Source: Octopus sinensis
Lineage: Eukaryota
Direction: 5' to 3'
Length of the DNA stretch: 64,000 nt
NCBI RefSeq assembly: GCF_006345805.1
Contig: NC_043001.1
Span: 42,408,001-42,472,000 of the forward strand
Shown here: one piece after another, positions 13,340-24,699 of the stretch
Layout of the letters: each line of letters begins with the position of its first letter
Position numbering within the stretch: position 1 is the first letter of the stretch
Made by a program: the position numbers and the translations under genes
Notes under the pieces: generated by a model
Seen by the model: only the letters and a program-made list of their open reading frames with translations
What the model was told of the DNA's origin: nothing
Database searches by the model: none

Positions 13340-14525
13340 CTTGGATAGCATCAGTGGTGTAGAGTGAGGAGATCTGGTGGAGACATTCTTACTCCAAACA
13401 CTGGCACCAACTAAACCTGGTATTTACAAGACTCTGCCATTTGAGGAACGAGCTGATTCTCCTAGAATGCAAACTGTAACACAGACCACGCTTTGGTTTG
13501 CTGCAAGATCAGACTGCAGCCAAAGAAAATACACTTTTATGCATTGATATCACCATGTCAGCAAGCAGTGCATTGATGTCATTGTGATATGATGACTAGA
13601 TAAAGCAGAAGAGTTCATAAATTTACTGGAAAATGCCCACTCTTCAGACACTCCCAGACAGAGAAGCATGAATGATATGGGACATCATCCACAATACTGC
13701 CCTGAAGGCTTTTGCTAATAAGTTGTGCAAGACATTGGATAAGTCTGAAGCAAATTTGGGCTAAAGCAAGCTGCACTATTTGAACAGGAATGCTGCCTGC
13801 CCAGGTAACCTTGGAAACATTTAAAACAGCAAGTTGCAAGACCCAGAAAACAGCCAGATGATGTGATAACAATGGGTTACTGCTTTGCAAAGGTATTCAA
13901 TCATTGTTTGACATAGATGACTTCTGTGGAATGTAAGAGGAGATAAAGGTCATTGGTCCAACCATGAGCTAGACAACACCATAGAAAACCATATCAGGTG
14001 AGATCAAAGACAAAAGCAAGCAGATCGAAAGGTGTGTAAAATATTACTCCAAACTCTACTCCACAGAAAATACTATATCAGATTGTGTGCTAGATACCAT
14101 AGAATATCTGCCAGTGATCAAAGAACTAAATACACTGCCAACTATTGAAGAGCTAAGTAAAGTGATTGTCTTCCTACAGGCAAGGCACCAATATTGGATG
14201 ACATTCCATCAGAGGTCATTATGTGTGCAAAGAGCATCCTGTTGTGCCACCTATACAAATTTCTTTGCTATTGCTGGAAAAGAACTGTGCTACAGGACTT
14301 GAGAGACTGAATGTTATTACTCTGTACAAAATCAAAGGAATAGAAGTAATTGCAATAACTACAGAGGGATATCCTTGCTGAGCACTTTGGAAAGGGTATA
14401 CTCCACAAATCAGTGCAGCTTCAGAGCAGAACGGTCCTCAATTGACATGATCTTCTCCTTTCAACAATTCCAAGAAAAATGCAGAGAGCAAAGATAACCT
14501 ATCTACATCACTTTCGTTGACCTTG
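13340..14525 (+). mobile_element. Decayed RTE LINE (EN end to RT start)
   Basis: Remnant reading NVITLYKIKG..CNNYRGISLLS...QCSFRAERSSIDMIFSFQQFQEKCREQ..IYITFVDL, with stops and frameshifts. Confidence 0.85.
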
Positions 14526-14534
14526 TGAGTGGAG

Positions 14535-14830
14535 ACATCATCATTTAACGACTGTCATCAATACTAGCATACTGACAGGAGCTGGCAATCCAGATGATTG
14601 CACCAAGTTCCACCGTTTTGGCATGGTTTATACAGCTGGATGCCCTTCCTAATGCCAACCACTTTATAGAATAGACTGGAACTTTTTATGTCGGATCAAC
14701 ACCAGCAAGGTCAGTTTGGCATAGTTTTTTTATAGTTGGTTGTCCTTCCTAATGTCAAGCACTTTACAGTGTGGACTGGGTGTTTTTTACATGGCACCAG
14801 TGATGTCACCAAATAACTTGCAAGATACTT
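14535..14830 (-). mobile_element. SINE/RTE-tail repeat (family D) with internal ~95-bp tandem duplication
   Basis: Two copies of a TTTGGCAT...GGATGCCCTTCCTAATGCCAACCACTT-like unit; related copy at 27455-27640. Confidence 0.6.
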
Positions 14831-17410
14831 GAGAGGGGGTGGTAGTATTAGAGGAGGTGGCTTTGTTTCAGGTGATGAGAAGTTGGAGTATGTCAGACAG
14901 GCAGAAACAAGTGTCTTGCAGTGGAGGAGATGCATGTTTACCCCAGTCAGAGAGAGAGAGAAAGTGGAAGAGAACAAATTGAGAGGGTGCAAGAAAGAAG
15001 GTGGTGAAGTGCCAGGGCATACTCTCAAAGTATGGGAATGAGAATATAAATGGGATGATAAAACATTGCTGAAGGTGAATGAATAGGGAGTTCATGTGAA
15101 TGCAAAAAAAGAGAGGGAGAAGGGGTGTGCAGTGACTGGTGAAACCTGTGTATATAGAGTGGGACAACAGGATAGCAATGAAACTGTTGGCAGGGCAGGG
15201 AAGAATGGATTGGGTTGCAGGAATGGAGAGGAAGAGGTAAGCATAATGCATAGAAAAGAGGAAATGTGAGAAAGAGATGTAGTTTGGTTTATTGGGATAG
15301 GGTGTGTGAAAACTTAATGTTACATGTAGGTGGAATACATTGCGCTCACAGAACTCAGTTTTGCTGAGGTGGGCAGGCCTTCTCAAGAATCTCATATCGC
15401 CAGACATCTTGGTCCATTGTTGTCTTCTCTGTGAGGCCCAGTGTCTTGAGATCAGCTCTCATCACTTGATCCTATGTCATCCTGGGTCTCCCTCTTCCAC
15501 AGGTGCCATCCACTTTAAGCAATCAGCACTTTATACGTCTGTCTTCATTCATATGCTTCACATGTCAAAACCAACAGTCTTCTCTCTTGCATGCTGCATT
15601 TGATTCCACTTACATCCATCTTTTCTCAGCATATTTGCACTTTGTCATACATGCACCCTGATGTTGCATATCCATTGGAGCATACCAGCTTTGTTTTTCT
15701 CTTGTCTACATGTCTTTTGCATTCAGAGCCCATGTCTCACTACCATGAAGTGTAGCCATTCATAGATAAGCATCACACAATCTGCCTTTCACTGTGAGAG
15801 AGTGTCCTTTTGTTGTCAACAAAGGTAATAACTTGAACTTCCTCCATCCTATTTTAATTACAACAACAATACTTTCAGAACATCTTCCACCAATGCTAAT
15901 TTGGTCACCTATGTAACAGAAACTATCTACAACCACAAGAAAGCCTCCTGAGTATTTGGGAGAGTCTAATTCCTGTGTGTTCTTAGCATTTATTGTTCCT
16001 GCACATCTACCACATATGAAGACAACTTTTTCTGTTAACCTACTTGTGCTTCCACTGCACCTCTTTTGTGTCCATAACTTACACCGGGTGCAATAAATGG
16101 AATTTCTTCCAACACCTTTCCTACATATTGAGCAGAGCCATTTACCTGATGGAAAAAGAGTCTTATCTGCTTTCTTGCTAACAACCTTGGTCTTCACTAG
16201 AATAACTTTAAAGCTCTCTAATTCAAAGTTTTGCTTCCAAAGCTAGAATTTCTTCAATTCCACTATAGATTCTGTTAAAAGAGCAACATCCATCAGCATA
16301 TAGTAGTTTCAACAGGCAACCAGTCTTAAATTCCTCTGTTAATACCGGGAGGACCGTAATGAATAAGAGTGGACTGAGAACTGAGCCTTGGTAAACCACT
16401 ACTTCTATGCTAAATTCATCACTGTATTCATGGCCAACTCTCCTCACCCTACTGACAGCACTGCTATACATGGCTTGTACAGCTCTAACAAACAATTCAT
16501 CTATTCCTAACGTCCTTTGAGACCACCTGATAACAGATCAAGAGACACTGTCAAAAGCTTTCTTCAGGTTGATGAAAGACAAGTACAATGGTTTATTTTT
16601 GGCCAGATATTTCTCATGTAGCTGTCTCACTAGGAAAATGACATCTGTAGTACTTTTCCCATGCACAAAACCAAACTCCATCTCATCTAGTTTAATTCTA
16701 TTTCTAATCAATTGAGCTATAACTCTCTCTCTAACATTTTTGACCTAGTCCAGCAGTTTGATACCTTTAGTTGTTTCTATCTAAGATGTCACCTTTACCC
16801 TTATAGTAGCTAACTATAATAGTACTACATCACGTATTGGAAATGGCACCTTTTTGGATGACATGACTAACTATACAAGTGATTAGGGCATATCCTACCC
16901 CACTAGACGTTTTAAGCATGCTCAGCAGTGATTTCTGATGGTCCAGGAGCTTTCCCTGTTTTCATATCTTTGTCTTATCTCATACTGCTGTCAACTCTGA
17001 TGAGTGGTTCCTCTGTTCTGTATTTGAAAGACTCTCCTTCTCCCATGCATTTTCCATATTTAGCAGCCTCCTATAATTGAAATTCCATGCATCTTTCTTC
17101 TCAGAATTGCTAAGTGCAAGCATACCATTATCCATCTGCACATATTTCTCATTGACATCTCTATTCTCTCTAATACACTACTTTGCAATCCTCAGCACCT
17201 CACACTAGAGCAATTGCAAATCTATGTAAACCTGTTGCCAAGCTTCCCTTCAGGCTACCTGATATAATTGTCTGCTTCCACCATTTTTCCAGTCTTTTCA
17301 GTTCTGTCTCTTTGCTTTTATAGCACTGCCTACCCCCTTGTTCCATCACCATGTCATCCTTGGCCTGACTGAGACTTTGCACCTGCCACAGAGTTGGTTT
17401 GTAGCCTTCA
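14830..17410 (-). mobile_element. Decayed RTE LINE: RT, Cys-rich zinc-finger insert, C-terminus and pyrimidine-rich 3' UTR
   Basis: Minus-strand ORF fragments YQGSVLSPLLFITVL...LLYAD and KWLCSICRKGVGRNSIYCTRCKLW...FICGRC; C-terminal region homologous to 17520-17750. Confidence 0.88.
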
Positions 17411-17519
17411 GTAAGTTGTTGTGTAGGAATTTCTGATTGTCTTCTAAGCTATATGCTCCACCAACTCCTCTTCCTCCTCAGCTTATTCAAATACACACAC
17501 ACCTACCTACCTACCTCTA

Positions 17520-18020
17520 GGTGCAAGAGAGAAGACTGCATTGGTTTTGTCATGTGATGCGTATGAATTTAGGCAGTTGCATACAGAAATGCCAATCACT
17601 TACAGTGGATAGAACTTGTGGAAGAGGAAGGCCCAGAAATACATGGGTCGAAGTACTGAAGGCCAGTCTCAAGATACTGGGCCTTAAGAAGGAGATGACA
17701 AAAGATTAAGATATTTGGTGCCTTGTTGTATGTAAGATAACCCATTCACTACAGCAGAATTGATATTGGTACTGGTGTCACATAAAAAGCACCCTGTTGG
17801 TTCCACATAAAAGCACTGGTGCTGGTACCACATAAAAGCACTGGTGCTGGTACCACATAAAAAGTGCTGGTGCTACATAGAATAGTACACTCTGTAAAGC
17901 TTTGGTATTAGGAAGGGCATGCAGCCATAGAAACCATGCCAGAACAGACAGTGGACTTGGTGTAGCTCCCCACTTTACCATCCAGTCCTTGCCAGCATGG
18001 TAAATGACATAAAATGAAAA
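17520..18020 (+). mobile_element. RTE LINE 3' end with tandem ~26-bp tail repeats
   Basis: QERRLHWFCHVMRM...TCGRGRPRNTWVEVLK, followed by repeated CCACATAAAAGCACTGGTGCTGGTA units. Confidence 0.8.
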
Positions 18021-18037
18021 TGATATGTATATATATG

Positions 18038-18108
<71 letters not shown>

Positions 18109-18241
18109 ATAATAAAAGGAATTCCAACCTTGTCTGGTTTTCACGTTTTATTTACAATCTCATAATGATATATTATAAGATAATATAATATAATAGAATA
18201 AAATAAAATAAAATAGTAGAATGTTAAATGTTCATTCTGAT

Positions 18242-18286
18242 TGAACTAGTACTTTCATGCATTAAGTTCTGCAATCTTCAGGTTCA
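18242..18286 (-). ncRNA. Minimal type-I hammerhead ribozyme motif (mirror copy)
   Basis: Exact reverse complement of 18909-18953. Confidence 0.8.
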
Positions 18287-18908
18287 TGTAGTAGTGGTGA
18301 CGGTCATGCTTCACAATTTTTGACTGTAGCGAGCTGATTGAATCTGTACCTTAAATACAGCTGGGTAGGCTCCCGATTGCTAGGTTTTGCAAACTGTATT
18401 CTGACCAATCAGTGTGTAGTATCACTCAATTACTTAAGCTGATTTGTTTAGGCGTCACACTTTGTTGAACATGTCAAGAGTCCTGTATCTTAACCCTGGG
18501 CGAGGCAGGAAAATTATCTTATTTAGGGTTAAAAGTTCTATTGCCACCTCCATCACCACTAGCAACAATAATTAAGGTGCTGACAATGATGATGACAATT
18601 GAAATATAAAAATATAAAAATCTCTGACAAAGGCTATTTACAACATTTCTAAAAATAGCCCAACAATTGCTGCCTAGCCCAGGGTTAAGATACAGGACTC
18701 TTGACATGTTCAACAAAGCGTGACGCCTAAACAAATCAGCTCAACCAACCAATCAGCTTAAGTAATTGAGTGATACTACACACTGATTGGTCAGAATACA
18801 GTTTGCAAAACCTAGCAATCTGGAGCCTACCCAGTTGTATTTAAGGCACAGATTCAATCATCTTGCTACAGTCAAAAATTGTGAAGCATGACTGTCACCA
18901 CTACTACA

Positions 18909-18953
18909 TGAACCTGAAGATTGCAGAACTTAATGCATGAAAGTACTAGTTCA
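18909..18953 (+). ncRNA. Minimal type-I hammerhead ribozyme motif
   Basis: TGAAC-CTGAAGA-T-TGCA(GAACTTAA)TGCA-T-GAA-AGTACT-A-GTTCA: stem I TGAAC/GTTCA, core CUGANGA...GAAA, stem II 4 bp above a U-U pair, palindromic stem III AGUACU, predicted CUA cleavage after 18948. Confidence 0.8.
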
Positions 18954-19139
18954 ATCAGAATGAACATTTAACATTCTACTATTTTATTTTATTTTATTCT
19001 ATTATATTATATTATCTTATAATATATCATTATGAGATTGTAAATAAAATGTGATAATCAGACAAGGTTGGAATTCCTTTTATTAATATATTCTTCTATA
19101 CACAATCACACACACCCATATATATATACATCATCATCA

Positions 19140-19800
19140 TCTTTTAATGCCCAGCTTCCATTATGTTGGGAAGGGATAAAGGTGATGATGAGGCATCAGA
19201 GTAGGTCCTGGGTCAGAAAAACAGGAAGGATGGATGGGTAAAGGTGCAAAAGTGTATGGAGTGAGGTATGGTTAGGTATGGAGTAGAGATGCAAATATAC
19301 TGAATGGTGAATGGAGAGGGTGTTGGAGTGGGGTGGGGTCAGTTATAAATGAGCTTGATGGAAGAAAAGGGAAAGTAGATGATTGGAAATTAGGTAGGGT
19401 TGGAGAGTGAATGGTAGATGGGTGATACATATGAATTGGAGGGAAGGTTGGGGTGTGTAGGTGCTAACTGGTAGTACAGAAAGGGGAAGAGCAGCAAAAT
19501 AGTAATAGCAGACTGGCGAAAGATGAGAAAAAGGGTGATGATATGTGGGTGGATAGTTTGTAAGAGTGTCAATGGAGAGAAAGTCAAAAGAAAGTTGTTT
19601 ACTAGAGAGAGTCAGAGATGAACTGTGTGGAGACAAGTCAACAGCAAGTGATTCAGTGGAGGAAGAGAGATATAATTTAATATTGTAGAAAGGTGGGATG
19701 ATCAGTGTAAAATGTGAGTAGAGAGATACAGTGTTAAGAATGAAAGATGGATGTTAAGCAAAGTAGTTCCAGGTTGTGAAAGTTCTGTCATTTAATACAG
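19140..19800 (-). repeat. Purine-rich low-complexity repeat, probably antisense LINE 3' UTR
   Basis: GA-rich on + like 14830-15340 and 27640-28380; begins after a (CAT)n tract. Confidence 0.45.
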
Positions 19801-19972
19801 CAACAGAATACTGCATTTAGGACCGACTCAGTGGCATAAAGTCACTCGCAGATATGCTCCAATTGCTGAACCCACAATTACATTCTTGGAAAACAGACTT
19901 CTTAATCACAGCCATACCAACATGTACTTGCATAGTAAGTGACTTGATCTGAGATCATGTGCTGAATCAAAA

Positions 19973-20161
19973 ACAATTGCAGTGTGGAAGGTGTTTATAA
20001 GCCATTTAAAAACACAAAAACCATTAGATTCACTTCAACATTTAAATTTGTCAAAATATTTTTGGCACTTTGGAACCGAGACCTGTTCACTGACAAAATT
20101 TTGTGCTGCAGTTTTTGTGTGTTTTTAAATGGCTTATAAACACCTTCCACGCTGCAATTGT
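19973..20161. mobile_element. MITE-like element with ~48-bp TIRs
   Basis: CAATTGCAGTGTGGAAGGTGTTTATAAGCCATTTAAAAACAC... and its near-perfect reverse complement ending at 20160. Confidence 0.8.
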
Positions 20162-20188
20162 GTGTATGTATGTATATATATATATATA

Positions 20189-21045
20189 CAGGGTTCAATG
20201 GGTAAATTGTTGCCATTTTATATTTTTAATTTCACGCATGCACATTGTTTTTGACTTTGTGAACTACACAGTATGGTAGAGTCAACTGGGCACCATCTGT
20301 GAGAAAAACAGCACCATGAGGCAATTCATGCTGCCAGAAATTTGGAAACGACATGCTGTACTATTTGGTATTCGCTCCGGAAGCTCCAATACAAACTTTT
20401 CAGAGTGTTTGGGTATCAATCTGAGGACATGTACCGAGTGTAATAAAAATCAATCATCCAGTCAATGTCATGGTGTTTGAAGTGATGGCAACGTTAGGCC
20501 TCCATTCATCTTCCCACACTGCCTCAGACTCAACATGGAGGCATACATCAAATGGCTGGAGGAGGTAGTGCTGCCCTGGGTCAAGAGGGTGGCTGTTGGA
20601 AGAGCCTATGTCTGGCAACAGGACTCTGCACCATGCCACACAAGCAGGAGAGCCCAGTCATGGCTGTCAGACAATTTCTGCGACCATGTCACCCCTAACA
20701 TCTGGCCACCTAACTCCCCAGACTGCAACCCCTTTGATTATTATGTGTGAGACACAGTGGAGTGAGAGCCCAACAAAACTCCTTGCAGCTCCAAAGATGA
20801 ACTGAAGGCAAGGATTATGGCAGCATTCACCAACTTAAACAAGGAGACTGTCCAGAAGAGTTGCAGGAGATTCCAAAGTCATCTGGAGGCCATTGTGGAA
20901 GCCGATGGTGAATTTATTGAATAAATTTACTCTTTAGTATTTCGAGATATGTTCTTGTAATTTTGGTAAATATATCTGTTGAAATGAGATGTCAGTGTTA
21001 TTTTCATTTTTGCGTAATTTAGGCAACAGTTTATTCACTGCACCC

Positions 21046-21047
<2 letters not shown>
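20189..21047 (+). mobile_element. Internally deleted maT (DD37D) Tc1/mariner-superfamily transposon
   Basis: ~33-bp imperfect TIRs (CAGGGTTCAATGGGTAAATTGTTGCC / CAGGGTGCAGTGAATAAACTGTTGCC), TA on the left. Peptide QQDSAPCH...WPPNSPDCNPFDY has 37 residues between the second and third Asp. Confidence 0.85.
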
Positions 21048-21103
<56 letters not shown>

Positions 21104-21169
21104 CAGGTATGGCTGTGGTTAAGAAATTTGCTTCCCAAACATGTAATTTTGGGTTCAGCAATTGGAGCA

Positions 21170-23220
21170 TGTCTGTGAGTGACTTTATGCCACTTAGTTA
21201 GCCCTTTTATAGATGCAGTTAAGGATGTCTGTATATACAGCAGTAGTACTATTTCAGGTGTGAGAGTAATACACCATTGTAGGCATCTCCTAAGCTTTGT
21301 AGTGTGTGAATAATTATTGGTAGTTGAAGTAACTTCTGGTCCTAAACAGAAGGATGAGTCTATGGGATATGCTTATCTCTATTAAGAATATGCTTTTGAG
21401 AGGTGAGATCTTCAGTATTAATGAAACTTAACAATTTTCTGAATTCTAACTGGATACTCCACAATGACATTTGTTGATATGAGAAGCATTTGTTTTCTTG
21501 TTGATAGAAACAGGTTTCATATATTTCCATTGCTGGATGCTTTCAGTGTTACTGAGGCATTTTGGATTTGGTGTGAATATATAGATTTTGTTTCAATAAT
21601 GCAGGGTTTTGCAAATTAGTCAAATGTAGTGTAGAAGGGAAAGAGTGCGGGATGAAAACAAATCTTGGTTCATACAATGTTGATAGAATGAAGGACAGAA
21701 AGAAATTTGTCAATACATGTAGTCTGATGGACCAAGAAATAAGAGACTGGTGGAGCCCATTTGCAAAAGGCTTCAGAAGATGATTTACATTGCTAATATA
21801 AAAATGATGACATTGCTTTCACCAAACTTCTCCAAGGTGAGAGTTTCTGAGTAGATGACATGAGAGTAGGTCACCATAGTATTAGGCTTTATGGAAACTG
21901 TGCTGGTCACTAAAGAGAGAGAGAACAGTTCAGGATATTGGGCATGTTGTAACAGCTGTTGGCCATTACATTACTACCTTAGAGATATTAGAAGTGAATG
22001 CAATATGGTGATAGCTGGCAGGGTCAGACAGGTTGTCTTTCTTGAAGATGGGACTCATTAGCATGTTTTCAAAGATTAGAGTAGATCTTTGTAGAAAGAG
22101 AGTTGAAGACTTTGATGACTATAGGAACTAGCTTTAGGATTTGGAGTGGAATGGACACTGTCAGGATCACTGGGCTTGTTGATGTGAAGTCACCAAAGAT
22201 ACTTTTGCTTATGACATGCATGTATACATGGTGAAGTGAAAGGCAATAGAACTGGAGATTTGCCATGTATAGAGTTGGCTGCAAAGATGGAGCCTTTCTC
22301 TGCAAGATTGCTGCTCACAGAACCATTGTTGTGGAATGGAGGTAAAGAGGATTCTACAAAGTTGATGGAATTCCTTTTTGCATAAAACTGACAGAAGCAA
22401 CTGCACTTTGGAGGACAGGATAACTTGAAAGCTGTGCAATACACAGTCATCTTCCATGGTTCTTATAATGGCTGTTGTGTTCCTTGGTAAATGCCTCCCA
22501 GTTTCTGGCAGTAGGTAAGTTGTAGGCCTTGAACCACTTCAGCACTACTATGAGTCAATCATCTGGGACACAGGATTTTTGTTGTGTGCAGAATGAGTAG
22601 GCCTTGCTGTTTATAATGGGTTAGGAGTGAAGTACATCAGTTGAAGTACCATAGAGTGCAGTGCATAGGGAGTGTTGTTTGGTGGAGACAGTTTTAGTTT
22701 AGTGTAAATTAGGTTTGGAAGAAAGAAAGATCAATGGTGTTTGGGATATCTGAGTGTTAATGTGAAATGTGTGTAGAGGAGGAAATGAGATTTGAGGATT
22801 ACAAAAGACTCGGTTTCTTGACTGGTGGCATCATTGTGCAATGATTGGAAGAGAACTTATGAGTATTGAAGACACCAAAGATAGCAGCTTCAGAGAGAGG
22901 TGAAGTAAGATATGTATATCTTCAATGCATGAGGTGATATAGTCTAGAAGCTGTTGATTTGAAGATTTAGGAAAGCTATAGACAGTACAGTTGTATTTGA
23001 GTGAGTGAGGCAGGGAAATTTTAATTTGGTGTAGCTGGAAATCATTACTGATGATATCCAAATGAAAGTGATGAGTAGAGTCCAGTTTTAGGGTGAAGTT
23101 AAGATAGAGAGTGTAGCTTGGATTGTTGGGATAGATTGAGGTGGGATTGAGAAATTTGTCTTTGCGAGGAATAGGATGTGTGGTCTACATATAGGAAAGA
23201 GATGATGAGTGGGATCTAGA
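21170..23220 (-). mobile_element. Highly decayed CR1/Jockey-like LINE (EN and RT remnants)
   Basis: Minus-strand remnants resembling GES..IALDISKAFD.VWH and QGSVL.P.LF motifs; many stops and frameshifts. Confidence 0.55.
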
Positions 23221-23699
23221 TTTGAACACACACACAAATAAATGCAAGCATGGAGAAGTGGATATGAGGATGATAATGTATATAAATATGTGTGTAATCC
23301 TTCACTGTTTCTGGTATAAGAACTATGCCATCAGCTTAGAGGCACTATCATGGTCCACTGGTCTTAAACTCTTGATTTGAGATTGGAGGTCTAAATAAAG
23401 AAGGTTGAGGGTAGAGTCTTATGGACACCTACCTAAGTTCATTGCTGAGTACATTGCTAATTTTCATCTTGTTGACTGGTATCTCTATACATATCTCATA
23501 TGGCTCTCACAAGCCATTCATTTATACCTAGCCTCCTCAGTACTCACCAGATCACAGTATGGGGAAGCCTGCCAAATAACTTCTCTGGGTCAACAATGCC
23601 ATGTATAATGCTTTTTTCCTAGCTAAGTACTTACAAGATATACATAGCCAATAGGAAGTTGTGCATATGATAACAAGGCTCCTTGCTAAACCTAATCTT

Positions 23700-24110
23700 C
23701 CTCTATTATCATTATCATTTAATCTTCACTTTCCTGTGCTTTCATGGGTGTTTAGGGTTTATTTGAAGTAGATGTTCTATGGCCAGATGCCCTTCTTACT
23801 GTCAACCCTCACCTTTTTCTCCATGGCCAGGCATATTCTTGCAGAATCTTGGAAATGAATGACACTGCTTGTATGACAGTGACACTCATTTACAACTATT
23901 GTTACAATGTCAAGACAAAGGAACACTAACACACACACACACAAGATGGGCTTCTTTCAGTTTCTGCTTACCAGATTCAAAGCTTTGGTCAACCCAGAAC
24001 TATAGTAGAAGATACTTGCCCAAGGTATCATGCTGTGAGACTGAACCTACAACCAGGTGGTTGGGAATCAAACTTCTTACTACACAACCATGTCTGCACA
24101 TGTGTGCACA
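23700..24110 (-). mobile_element. Adjacent SINE family C and family B fragments
   Basis: Homologous to 11280-11410 and to the head of 60705-61085, in reverse orientation. Confidence 0.65.
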
Positions 24111-24699
24111 CACACACATCTTGATGCAGCCCTGCAACTTACTGGTTCGCTGTCAAACTGCCCTACCCTTGTCAGCATGGTGAGCAGACATATTAAAAGA
24201 TGATGAAATATATATATGTATATATATCTATGTATGTTTGTATTAAATATAATGTGTTTATAGCATAAAATCTTATGACTATTGAATATGTGGCTGAAAT
24301 GGCTCTCACTTTTTCAACTTTTACGTTTTGATCTGTATAGTCACTACATTTGTGCTTATGTCAATATTTGTACATATGTCAATGCTAACATCAGTTTGCT
24401 TCTGAAAACTTTATCCCTTGCATTATTTATCATAGACCATACAAATAGGATTAATTTAGCTGTTTAACATTAACAATAACAACAACAAAAATAATGATAC
24501 TAATAATAATAATTGCTCTCATCGATTCACTGTAGAGTAGTAACAATAGCAAATTAACTGAAAGTCAAAAGCATTCAGCCATGTGCAGAGACCTGGTTGC
24601 TACCAGGCAATCACACAAGCTTTCTTTCTTATGTAGAAGGTAGGCACAGGTCAGAAAATCTATTTTCAGAAAATGAATGGGTTAGCAGGTCTTCTCCCT

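Larger units (their letters stand above)
18110..19085. mobile_element. Penelope-like fold-back element (inverted pseudo-LTRs)
   Basis: Arms 18110-18508 and 18670-19085 are reverse complements (11 substitutions plus one 17-nt indel by eye), 161-bp spacer. Each arm carries a hammerhead motif, CCAAT boxes and a TATA-like TATTTAA. Confidence 0.75.

Noticed and set aside
17776-17880. Short direct repeats that superficially resemble a CRISPR array (also 63885-64000)
   Set aside because: Eukaryotic context, no unique spacers, no cas genes; these are tandem tail repeats of RTE-related elements.
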